This document shows, piece by piece, positions 36,501 to 48,500 of a stretch of 64,000 nucleotides of DNA. Below the pieces are notes generated by a model. The model was not told where the DNA came from. It made no database searches and was given only the letters and a program-made list of their open reading frames with translations. Numbering within the stretch: position 1 is the first letter of the stretch; each line of letters opens with the position of its first letter. The stretch spans positions 43,092,001-43,156,000 of the forward strand of contig NC_086108.1 in the NCBI RefSeq assembly GCF_963921235.1. Reading direction: 5' to 3'. The translations under genes and the position numbers were made by a program. The stretch is from Mobula hypostoma. Its lineage: Eukaryota.

Positions 36501-39500
36501 CTCCAGCCTCGCCTTGCCTCAACTCTCCAGCCTCGCCTCGCATCAAGTCTCCAGCCTCGCCTCGCCTCTAGTCTCCAGCCTCGCCTCGCCTCAAGTCTCC
36601 AGGCTTGCCTCGCCTCAAGTCTCCAGCCTCGCCTCTAGTCTCCAGCCTCACCTCGCCTCACCTCAAGTCTCCAGCCTCGCCTCGCCTCTAGTCTCCAGCC
36701 TTGCCTCGCCTCTAGTCTCCAGCCTCGACTCTAGTCTCCAGCCTCACCTCGCCTCAAGTCTCCAGCCTCGCCTCGCCTCAAGTCTCCAGCCTCGCCTCGC
36801 CTCTAGTCTCCAGCCTCGCCTCGCCTCTGGTCTCCAGCCTTGCCTCGCCTCTAGTCTCCAGCCTCGCCTCTAGTCTCCAATCTCACCTCGCCTCACCTCA
36901 ACTCTCCAGCATCGCCTCACCTCAAGTCTCCAGCCTCGCCTTGCCTCTAGTCTCCAGCCTCGCCTCAAGTCTCCAGCCTCGTCTTCCCTCAAGTCTCCAG
37001 CCTCGCCTCAAGTCTGCAGCCTCGCCTCAAGTCTCCAGTCTCCAGCCCCGCCTCTAGTCTCCAGTCTCCAGCCTGCAGCCCCGCCTCTAGTCTCCAGTCT
37101 CCAGCCCCGCCTCTAGTCTCCAGTCTCCAGCCTGCAGCCCCGCCTCTAGTCTCCAGCCTCGCCTCGCCTCTAGTCTCCAGCCTCGCCTCACCACTAGTCT
37201 CCAGCCTGGCCTCACCTCTAGTCTTCAGCCTCGCCTTACCTCCAGTCTCCAGCCTGCAGCCTCGCCTCAAGTCTCCAGCCTCGCCTCGCCTCTAGTCTCC
37301 AGCCTCGCCTCGCCTCTAGTCTCCAGCCTGCAGCCTCACCTCAAGCCTCCAGCCTGCAGCCCCGCCTCTACTCTCAAGTCTCCAGTCTCCAGCCTGCAAC
37401 CTTGGCTCTAGTCTCCAGCCTCACCTCACCTCGCCTCTAGTCTCCAGCCTCGCCTCGCCTCAAGTCTCCAACCTCGCCTCGCCTCAAGTCTCCAGCCTCA
37501 CCTCGCCTCAAGTCTCCAGCCTCGCCTCGCCTCAAGTCTCCAGCCTCGCCTCGCCTCGCGTCTCCAGCCTTGCCTCGCCTCTAGTCTCCAGCCTGCAGCT
37601 TCGCCTCTAGTCTCAAGTCTCCAGCCTGCAGCCTCGCCTTTAGTCTCCAGCCTCGCCTCGCCTCTAGTCTCCAGCCTCGCCTCACCTCAAGTCTCCAGCC
37701 TCACCTCGCTTCATCTCCAGCCTCGCCTCGCTTCTAGTCACCAGTCTCCAGCCTGCAGCGTCGCCTCCAGTCTCCAGCCTGCAGACTCGCCTCTAGTCTG
37801 CAGCCTCGCCTCGCCTCGCCTCAAGTCTCCAGCCTCGCCTCGCTTCGTCTCCAGCCTCGCCTCGCCTTTAGTCTCCAGTCTCCAGCCTCGCCTCAAGTCT
37901 CAAGTCTCCAGCCTGCAGCCCCGCCTCTACTCTCAAGTCTCCAGTATCCAGCCTGCAGCATCGCCTCTAGAATCCAGCCATGCCTCGCCTCTAGTCTCCA
38001 GCCTCGCCTCAAGTCTCCAGCCTCGCCTCGCTTCTAGTCACCAGTCTCCAGCCTGCAGCGTCGCCTCTCATCTCCATGCTCCAGCCTACAGCCTCGCCTC
38101 TAGTCTCCAGCCTCGCCTCAAGTCTCCAGCCTCGCCTCGCTTCTAGTCACCAGTCTCCAGCCTGCAGCGTCGCCTCTCATCTCCATGCTCCAGCCTACAG
38201 CCTCGCCTCTAGTCTCAAGTCTCCAGCCTACAGCCCCGCCGCTAGTCTCCAGCCTTGCCTCGCCTCGCCTCTAGACTCCAGCCTCGCCTTGCCTTGCCTC
38301 AAGTCTCCAGCCTCGCCTTGCCTCAAGTCTCCAGCCTCGCCTCGCCTCTAGTCTCCAGCATCGCCTCGCCTCGCCTCAAGTCTCCAGCCTCGCTTCACCT
38401 CAACTCTCGTCTCCAGCCTCGCCTCACCTTTAGTCTCCAGTCTCCAGCCTGCAACCCCGCCTCAAGTCTCCAGCCTTGCCTCGCCTCTAGTCTCCAGCCT
38501 CGCCTCGCCTCCAGTCTCCAGCCGCGCCTCTAGTCTCCAGCCTCACCTCGCCTCACCTCAACTCACCAGCATCGCCTCGCCTCAAGTCTCCAGCCTCGCC
38601 TCGCCTCTAGTCTCCAGCCTCGCCTCAAGTCTCCAGCCTCGTCTCGCCTCAAGTCTCCAGCCTCGCCTCAAGTCTGCAGCCTCGCCTCAAGTCTCCAGCC
38701 TCGCCTTGCCTTTAGTCTCCAGTCTCCAGCCCCGCCTCTAGTCTCCAGTCTCCAGCCTGCAGCCCCGCCTCTAGTCTCCAGTCTCCAGCCTGCAGCCCCG
38801 CCTCTAGTCTCCAGCCTCGCCTCGCCTCTAGTCTCCAGCCTCGCCTCACCTCGTCTCCAGCCTCGCCTCAAATCTCCAGCCTCGCCTCGCCTCAAGTCTT
38901 CAGCCTCGCCTCTAGTCTCCAGGCTCGCCTTGCCTTTAGTCTCCAGTCTCCAGCCTCGCCTCAAGTCTCAAGTCTCCAGCCTGCAGCCCTGCCTCTAGTC
39001 TCCAGCCACGCCTCGCCTCGCCTCTAGTCTCCAGCATCGCCTCGCCTCGCCTCAAGTCTCCAGCCTCGCTTCACCTCAACTCTCGTCTCCAGCCTCGCCT
39101 CACCTTTAGTCTCCAGTCTCCAGCCTGCAACCCCGCCTCAAGTCTCCAGCCTTGCCTCGCCTCTAGTCTCCAGCCTCGCCTCGCCTCCAGTCTCCAGCCG
39201 CGCCTCTAGTCTCCAGCCTCACCTCGCCTCACCTCAACTCTCCAGCATCGCCTCGCCTCAAGTCTCCAGCCTCGCCTCGCCTCTAGTCTCCAGCCTCGCC
39301 TCAAGTCTCCAGCCTCGTCTCGCCTCAAGTCTCCAGCCTCGCCTCAAGTCTGCAGCCTCGCCTCAAGTCTCCAGCCTCGCCTTGCCTTTAGTCTCCAGTC
39401 TCCAGCCCCGCCTCTAGTCTCCAGTCTCCAGCCTGCAGCCCCGCCTCTAGTCTCCAGTCTCCAGCCTGCAGCCCCGCCTCTAGTCTCCAGCCTCGCCTCG

Positions 39501-42500
39501 CCTCTAGTCTCCAGCCTCGCCTCACCTCGTCTCCAGCCTCGCCTCAAATCTCCAGCCTCGCCTCGCCTCAAGTCTTCAGCCTCGCCTCTAGTCTCCAGGC
39601 TCGCCTTGCCTTTAGTCTCCAGTCTCCAGCCTCGCCTCAAGTCTCAAGTCTCCAGCCTGCAGCCCTGCCTCTAGTCTCCAGCCACGCCTCGCCTCGCCTC
39701 TAGTCTCCAGCATCGCCTCGCCTCGCCTCAAGTCTCCAGCCTCGCCTCGCCTCTAGTCTCCAGCCTCGCCTCAAGTCTCCAGCCTCGTCTCGCCTCAAGT
39801 CTCCAGCCTCGCCTCAAGTCTGCAGCCTCGCCTCAAGTCTCCAGCCTCGCCTTGCCTTTAGTCTCCAGTCTCCAGCCCCGCCTCTAGTCTCCAGTCTCCA
39901 GCCTGCAGCCCCGCCTCTAGTCTCCAGTCTCCAGCCTGCAGCCCCGCCTCTAGTCTCCAGCCTCGCCTCGCCTCTAGTCTCCAGCCTCGCCTCGCCTCGT
40001 CTCCAGCCTCGCCTCAAATCTCCAGCCTCGCCTCGCCTCAAGTCTTCAGCCTCGCCTCTAGTCTCCAGGCTCGCCTTGCCTTTAGTCTCCAGTCTCCAGC
40101 CTCGCCTCAAGTCTCAAGTCTCCAGCCTGCAGCCCTGCCTCTAGTCTCCAGCCACGCCTCGCCTCGCCTCTAGTCTCCAGCCTCGCCTCGCCTCCAGCCT
40201 CGCCTCAAGTCTCCAGCCTCGCCTCGCCTCTAGTCTCCAGCCTCGGCTCGCCTCAAGACTCCAGCCTTGCCTCGCCTCAAGTCTCCAGCCTCGCCTCGCC
40301 TCGTATCCAGCCTCGCCTCGCTTCTAGTCACCAGTCTCCAGCCTGCAGCGTTGCCTCTAGTCTCCAGTCTCCACCCTGCAGCCAGGCCTCCAGTCTCAAG
40401 TCTCCAGCCTCGCTTCACCTCAACTCTCGTCTCCAGCCTCGCCTCACCTTTAGTCTCCAGTCTCCAGCCTGCAACCCCGCCTCAAGTCTCCAGCCTTGCC
40501 TCGCCTCTAGTCTCCAGCCTCGCCTCGCCTCTAGTCTCCAGCCTCACCTCACCTCACCTCAACTCTCCAGCATCGCCTCGCCTCAAGTCTCCAGCCTCGC
40601 CTCGCCTCTAGTCTCCAGCCTCGCCTCGTCTCCAGCCTCGTCTCGCCTCAAGTCTCCAGCCTCGCCTCAAGTCTGCAGCCTCGCCTCAAGTCTCCAGTCT
40701 CCAGCCTCGCCTCTAGTCTCCAGTCTCCAGCCTGCAGCCCCGCCTCTAGTCTCCAGTCTCCAGCCTGCAGCCCCGCCTCTAGTCTCCAGCCTCGCCTCGC
40801 CTCTAGTCTCCAGCCTCGCCTCGCCTCGTCTCCAGCCTCGCCTCGCCTCAAGTCTTCAGCCTCGCCTCTAGTCTCCAGGCTCGCCTTGCCTTTAGTCTCC
40901 AGTCTCCAGCCTCGCCTCAAGTCTCAAGTCTCCAGCCTGCAGCCCTGCCTCCAGTCTCCAGCCACGCCTCGCCTCGCCTCTAGTCTCCAGCCTCGCCTCG
41001 CCTCGTCTCCAGCCTCGCCTCAAGTCTCCAGCCTCGCCTCGCCTCAAGTCTCCAGCCTCGCCTCGCCTCAAGTCTCCAGCCTCGCCTCGCCTCTAGTCTC
41101 CAGCCTCGGCTCGCCTCAAGACTCCAGCCTTGCCTCGCCTCAAGTCTCCAGCCTCGCCTCGCCTCGTATCCAGCCTCGCCTCGCTTCTAGTCACCAGTCT
41201 CCAGCCTGCAGCGTTGCCTCTAGTCACCAGTCTCCAGCCTGCAGCGTTGCCTCTAGTCTCCAGTCTCCAGCCTGCAGCCAGACCTCCAGTCTCAAGTCTC
41301 CAGCCTGCAGCCTCGCCTCTAGTCTCCAGCCTCGCCTCGCCTCGCCTCAAGTCGCCAGCCTCGCCTCGCCTCAAATCTCCAGCCTCGCCTAGCCTCTAGT
41401 CTCCAGCCTCACCTTGCCTCGTCCCCAGCCTCGCCTCGCCTCAAGTCTCCAGCCTCTGCTCGCCTCGCCTCTAGTCTCCAGCCTCGCCTTACCTCCAGTC
41501 TCCAGCCTCGCCTCAAGTCTCCAGCCTCTGCTCGCCTCGCCTCTAGTCTCCAGCCTCGCCTCGCCTCGCCTCTAGACTCCAGCCTCGCCTCGCCTCTCCT
41601 CAAGTCTCCAGCCTCGCCTTGCCTCAAGTCTCCAGCCTCGCCTCGCCTCTAGTCTCCAGCATCGCCTCGCCTCGCCTCAAGTCTCCAGCCTCGCTTCACC
41701 TCAACTCTCGTCTCCAGCCTCGCCTCACCTTTAGTCTCCAGTCTCCAGCCTGCAACCCCGCCTCAAGTCTCCAGCCTTGCCTCGCCTCGCCTCGCCTCCA
41801 GTCTCCAGCCTCGCCTTGCCTCAACTCTCCAGCCTCGCCTCGCATCAAGTCTCCAGCCTCGCCTCGCCTCTAGTCTCCAGCCTCGCCTCAAGTCTCCAGG
41901 CTTGCCTCGCCTCAAGTCTCCAGCCTCGCCTCTAGTCTCCAGCCTCACCTCGCCTCACCTCAAGTCTCCAGCCTCGCCTCGCCTCTAGTCTCCAGCCTTG
42001 CCTCGCCTCTAGTCTCCAGCCTCGACTCTAGTCTCCAGCCTCACCTCGCCTCAAGTCTCCAGCCTCGCCTCGCCTCAAGTCTCCAGCCTCGCCTCGCCTC
42101 TAGTCTCCAGCCTCGCCTCGCCTCTGGTCTCCAGCCTTGCCTCGCCTCTAGTCTCCAGCCTCGCCTCTAGTCTCCAATCTCACCTCGCCTCACCTCAACT
42201 CTCCAGCATCGCCTCACCTCAAGTCTCCAGCCTCGCCTTGCCTCTAGTCTCCAGCCTCACCTCAAGTCTCCAGCCTCGTCTTCCCTCAAGTCTCCAGCCT
42301 CGCCTCAAGTCTGCAGCCTCGCCTCAAGTCTCCAGTCTCCAGCCTGCAGCCCCGCCTCTAGTCTCCAGTCTCCAGCCTGCAGCCCCGCCTCTAGTCTCCA
42401 GTCTCCAGCCTGCAGCCCCGCCTCTAGTCTCCAGCCTCGCCTCGCCTCTAGTCTCCAGCCTCGCCTCACCACTAGTCTCCAGCCTGGCCTCACCTCTAGT

Positions 42501-45500
42501 CTCCAGCCTCGCCTTACCTCCAGTCTCCAGCCTGCAGCCTCGCCTCAAGTCTCCAGCCTCGCCTCGCCTCTAGTCTCCAGCCTCGCCTCGCCTCTAGTCT
42601 CCAGCCTGCAGCCTCACCTCAAGCCTCCAGCCTGCAGCCCCGCCTCTACTCTCAAGTCTCCAGTCTCCAGCCTGCAACCTTGGCTCTAGTCTCCAGCCTC
42701 ACCTCACCTCGCCTCTAGTCTCCAGCCTCGCCTCGCCTCAAGTCTCCAACCTCGCCTCAAGTCTCCAGCCTCGCCTCGCCTCAAGTCTCCAGCTTCGCCT
42801 CGTCTCGCGTCTCCAGCCTCGCCTCGCGTCTCCAACCTCGCCTCGCCTCGCGTCTCCAGCCTCGCCTCGCCTCAAGTCTCCAGCCTCGCCTCGCCTCTAG
42901 TCTCCAGCCTGCAGCTTCGCCTCTAGTCTCAAGTCTCCAGCCTGCAGCCTCGCCTTTAGTCTCCAGCCTCGCCTCGCCTCTAGTCTCCAGCCTCGCCTCA
43001 CCTCAAGTCTCCAGCCTCACCTCGCTTCGTCTCCAGCCTCGCCTTGCTTCTAGTCACCAGTCTCCAGCCTGCAGCGTCGCCTCCAGTCTCCAGCCTGCAG
43101 ACTCGCCTCTAGTCTGCAGCCTCGCCTCGCCTCGCCTCAAGTCTCCAGCCTCGCCTCGCTTCGTCTCCAGCCTCGCCTCGCCTTTAGTCTCCAGTCTCCA
43201 GCCTCGCCTCAAGTCTCAAGTCTCCAGCCTGCAGCCCCGCCTCTACTCTCAAGTCTCCAGCCTGCAGCATCGCCTCTAGAATCCAGCCATGCCTCGCCTC
43301 TAGTCTCCAGCCTCGCCTCAAGTCTCCAGCCTCGCCTCGCTTCTAGTCACCAGTCTCCAGCCTGCAGCGTCGCCTCTCATCTCCATGCTCCAGCCTACAG
43401 CCTCGCCTCTAGTCTCAAGTCTCCAGTCTCCAGCCTACAGCCCCGCCGCTAGTCTCCAGCCTTGCCTCGCCTCGCCTCTAGACTCCAGCCTCGCCTTGCC
43501 TCTCCTCAAGTCTCCAGCCTCGCCTTGCCTCAAGTCTCCAGCCTCGCCTCGCCTCTAGTCTCCAGCATCGCCTCGCCTCAAGTCTCCAGCCTCGCTTCAC
43601 CTCAACTCTCGTCTCCAGCCTTGCCTCACCTTTAGTCTCCAGTCTCCAGCCTGCAACCCCGCCTCAAGTCTCCAGCCTTGCCTCGCCTCTAGTCTCCAGC
43701 CTCGCCTCGCCTCCAGTCTCCAGCCGCGCCTCTAGTCTCCAGCCTCACCTCGCCTCACCTCAACTCTCCAGCATCGCCTCGCCTCAAGTCTCCAGCCTCG
43801 CCTCGCCTCTAGTCTCCAGCCTCGCCTCAAGTCTCCAGCCTCGTCTCGCCTCAAGTCTCCAGCCTCGCCTCAAGTCTGCAGCCTCGCCTCAAGTCTCCAG
43901 CCTCGCCTTGCCTTTAGTCTCCAGTCTCCAGCCCCGCCTCTAGTCTCCAGTCTCCAGCCTGCAGCCCCGCCTCTAGTCTCCAGTCTCCAGCCTGCAGCCC
44001 CGCCTCTAGTCTCCAGCCTCGCCTCGCCTCTAGTCTCCAGCCTCGCCTCACCTCGTCTCCAGCCTCGCCTCAAATCTCCAGCCTCGCCTCGCCTCAAGTC
44101 TTCAGCCTCGCCTCTAGTCTCCAGGCTCGCCTTGCCTTTAGTCTCCAGTGTCCAGCCTCGCCTCAAGTCTCAAGTCTCCAGCCTGCAGCCCTGCCTCTAG
44201 TCTCCAGCCACGCCTCGCCTCGCCTCTAGTCTCCAGCCTCGCCTCGCCTCCAGCCTCGCCTCAAGTCTCCAGCCTCGCCTCGCCTCTAGTCTCCAGCCTC
44301 GGCTCGCCTCAAGACTCCAGCCTTGCCTCGCCTCAAGTCTCCAGCCTCGCCTCGCCTCGTATCCAGCCTCGCCTCGCTTCTAGTCACCAGTCTCCAGCCT
44401 GCAGCGTTGCCTCTAGTCTCCAGTCTCCAGCCTGCAGCCAGGCCTCCAGTCTCAAGTCTCCAGCCTGCAGCCTCGCCTCTAGTCTCCAGCCTCGCCTCGC
44501 CTCAAATCTCCAGCCTCGCCTAGCCTCTAGTCTCCAGCCTCGCCTAGCCTCTAGTCTCCAGCCTCGCCTTGCCTCGTCCCCAGCCTCGCCTCGCCTCAAG
44601 TCTCCAGCCTCTGCTCGCCTCGCCTCTAGTCTCCAGCCTTGCCTTACCTCCAGTCTCCAGCCTCGCCTCAAGTCTCCAGCCTCTGCTCGCCTCGCCTCTA
44701 GTCTCCAGCCTCGCCTCGCCTCTAGTCTCCAGCCTGCAGCCTCACCTCAAGAATCCAGCCTGCAGCCCCGCCTCTACTCTCAAGTCTCCAGTCTCCAGCC
44801 TGCAACCTTGCCTCTAGTCTCCAACCTCACCTCGTCTGAAGTCTCCAGCCTCGCCTCAAGTCTCCAGCCTCGCCTCGCCTCAAGTCTCGAGCCTCGCCTC
44901 GCTTCTAGTCACCAGTCTCCAGCCTGCAGCCTCGCCTCTCATCTCCATGCTCCAGCCTACAGCCTCGCCTCTAGTCTCAAGTCTCCAGCCTACAGCCCCG
45001 CCTCTAGTCTCCAGCCTTGCCTCGCCTCGCCTCTAGACTCCAGCGTCGCCTCGCCTCTCCTCAAGTCTCCAGCCTCGCCTCGCCTCAAGTCACCAGCCTC
45101 GCCTCAAATCTCCAGCCTCGCCTAGCTTCTAGTCTCCAGCCTCGCCTTGCCTCGTCCCCAGCCTCGCCTCGCCTCAAGTCTCCAGCCTCTGCTCGCCTCG
45201 CCTCTAGTCTCCAGCCTCGCCTTACCTCCAGTCTCCAGCCTCTGCTCGCCTCGCCTCTAGTCTCCAGCCTCGCCTCGCCTCTAGTCTCCAGCCTCGCCTC
45301 GCCTCTAGTCTCCAGCCTGCAGCCTCACCTCAAGAATCCAGTCTGCAGCCCCGCCTCTACTCTCAAGTCTCCAGTCTCCAGCCTGCAACCTTGCCTCTAG
45401 TCTCCAACCTCACCTCGTCTGAAGTCTCCAGCCTCGCCTCGCCTCAAGTCTCGAGCCTCGCCTCGCCTCAAGTCTCGAGCCTCGCCTCGCTTCTAGTCAC

Positions 45501-48500
45501 CAGTCTCCAGCCTGCAGCCTTGCCTCTCATCTCCATGCTCCAGCCTACAGCCTCGCCTCTAGTCTCAAGTCTCCAGTCTCCAGCCTACAGCCCCGCCTCT
45601 AGTCTCCAGCCTTGCCTCGCCTCGCCTCTAGACTCCAGCCTCGCCTCGCCTCTCCTCAAGTCTCCAGCCTCGCCTTGCCTCAAGTCTCCAGCCTCGCCTC
45701 GCCTCTAGTCTCCAGCATCGCCTCGCCTCGCCTCAAGTCTCCAGCCTCGCTTCACCTCAACTCTCGTCTCCAGCCTCGCCTCACCTTTAGTCTCCAGTCT
45801 CCAGCCTGCAACCCCGCCTCAAGTCTCCAGCCTTGCCTCGCCTCTAGTCTCCAGCCTCGCCTCGCCTCCAGTCTCCAGCCTCGCCTTGCCTCAACTCTCC
45901 AGCCTCGCCTCGCATCAAGTCTCCAGCCTCGCCTCTAGTCTCCAGCCTCGCCTCGCCTCAAGTCTCCAGCCTCGCCTCAAGTCTCAAGTCTCCAGCCTGC
46001 AGCCCCGCCTCTACTCTCAAGTCTCCAGTATCCAGCCTGCAGCATCGCCTCTAGACTCCAGCCATGCCTCGCCTCTAGTCTCCAGCCTCGCCTCAAGTCT
46101 CCAGTCTCGCCTCGCCTCGTCTCCAGCCTCGCCTCGCCTCAAGTCTCCAGCCTCGCCTCGCTTCTAGTCACCAGTCTCCAGCCTGCAGCCTCGCCTCTCA
46201 TCTCCATGCTCCAGCCTACAGCCTCGCCTCTAGTCTCAAGTCTCCAGTCTCCAGCCTACAGCCCCGCCTCTAGTCTCCAGCCTTGCCTCGCCTCGCCTCT
46301 AGACTCCAGCCTCGCCTCGCCTCTCCTCAAGTCTCCAGCCTCGCCTCGCCTCAAGTCGCCAGCCTCGCCTCAAATCTCCAGCCTCGCCTAGCCTCTAGTC
46401 TCCAGCCTCGCCTTGCCTCGTCCCCAGCCTCGCCTCGCCTCGCCTCAAGTCTCCAGCCTCGCTTCACCTCAACTCTCGTCTCCAGCCTCGCCTCACCTTT
46501 AGTCTCCAGTCTCCAGCCTGCAACCCCGCCTCAAGTCTCCAGCCTTGCCTCGCCTCTAGTCTCCAGCCTCGCCTCGCCTCTAGTCTCCAGCCGCGCCTCT
46601 AGTCTCCAGCCTCACCTCGCCTCACCTCGCCTCACCTCAACTCTCCAGCATCGCCTCGCCTCAAGTCTCCAGCCTCGCCTCGCCTCTAGTCTCCAGCCTC
46701 GCCTCAAGTCTCCAGCCTCGTCTCGCCTCAAGTCTCCAGCCTCGCCTCAAGTCTGCAGCCTCGCCTCAAGTCTCCAGCCTCACCTTGCCTTTAGTCTCCA
46801 GTCTCCAGCCCCGCCTCTAGTCTCCAGTCTCCAGCCCCGCCTCTAGTCTCCAGTCTCCAGCCTGCAGCCCCACCTCTAGTCTCCAGCCTCGCCTCGCCTC
46901 TAGTCTCCAGCCTCGCCTCGCCTCGTCTCCAGCCTCGCCTCAAATCTCCAGCCTCGCCTCGCCTCAAGTCTTCAGCCTCGCCTCTAGTCTCCAGGCTCGC
47001 CTTGCCTTTAGTCTCCAGTCTCCAGCCTCGCCTCAAGTCTCAAGTCTCCAGCCTGCAGCCCTGCCTCTAGTCTCCAGCCACGCCTCGCCTCGCCTCTAGT
47101 CTCCAGCCTCGCCTCGCCTCCAGCCTCGCCTCAAGTCTCCAGCCTCGCCTCGCCTCTAGTCTCCAGCCTCGGCTCGCCTCAAGACTCCAGCCTTGCCTCG
47201 CCTCAAGTCTCCAGCCTCGCCTCAAGTCTCCAGCCTCGCCTCGCCTCGTATCCAGCCTCGCCTCGTTTCTAGTCACCAGTCTCCAGCCTGCAGCGTTGCC
47301 TCTAGTCTCCAGTCTCCAGCCTGCAGCCAGGCCTCCAGTCTCAAGTCTCCAGCCTGCAGCCTCGCCTCTAGTCTCCAGCCTCGCCTCGCCTCTAATCTCC
47401 AGCCTCGCCTAGCCTCTAGTCTCCAGCCTCGCCTAGCCTCTAGTCTCCAGCCTCGCCTTGCCTCGTCCCCAGCCTCGCCTCGCCTCGCCTCAAGTCTCCA
47501 GCCTCTGCTCGCCTCGCCTCTAGTCTCCAGCCTTGCCTTACCTCCAGTCTCCAGCCTCGCCTCAAGTCTCCAGCCTCTGCTCGCCTCGCCTCTACTCTCC
47601 AGCCTCGCCTCGCCTCTAGTCTCCAGCCTCGCCTCGCCTCTAGTCTCCAGCCTGCAGCCTCACCTCAAGAATCCAGCCTGCAGCCCCGCCTCTACTCTCA
47701 AGTCTCCAGTCTCCAGCCTGCAACCTTGCCTCTAGTCTCCAACCTCACCTCGTCTGAAGTCTCCAGCCTCGCCTCAAGTCTCCAGCCTCGCCTCGCCTCA
47801 AGTCTCGAGCCTCGCCTCGCTTCTAGTCACCAGTCTCCAGCCTGCAGCCTCGCCTCTCATCTCCATGCTCCAGCCTACAGCCTCGCCTCTAGTCTCAAGT
47901 CTCCAGTCTCCAGCCTACAGCCCCGCCTCTAGTCTCCAGCCTTGCCTCGCCTCGCCTCTAGACTCCAGCGTCGCCTCGCCTCTCCTCAAGTCTCCAGCCT
48001 CGCCTCGCCTCAAGTCACCAGCCTCGCCTCAAATCTCCAGCCTCGCCTAGCTTCTAGTCTCCAGCCTCGCCTTGCCTCGTCCCCAGCCTCGCCTCGCCTC
48101 AAGTCTCCAGCCTCTGCTCGCCTCGCCTCTAGTCTCCAGCCTCGCCTTACCTCCAGTCTCCAGCCTCTGCTCGCCTCGCCTCTAGTCTCCAGCCTCGCCT
48201 CGCCTCTAGTCTCCAGCCTACAGCCTCACCTCAAGAATCCAGCCTGCAGCCCCGCCTCTACTCTCAAGTCTCCAGTCTCCAGCCTGCAACCTTGCCTCTA
48301 GTCTCCAACCTCACCTCGTCTGAAGTCTCCAGCCTCGCCTCGCCTCAAGTCTCGAGCCTCGCCTCGCCTCAAGTCTCGAGCCTCGCCTCGCTTCTAGTCA
48401 CCAGTCTCCAGCCTGCAGCCTTGCCTCTCATCTCCATGCTCCAGCCTACAGCCTCGCCTCTAGTCTCAAGTCTCCAGTCTCCAGCCTACAGCCCCGCCTC

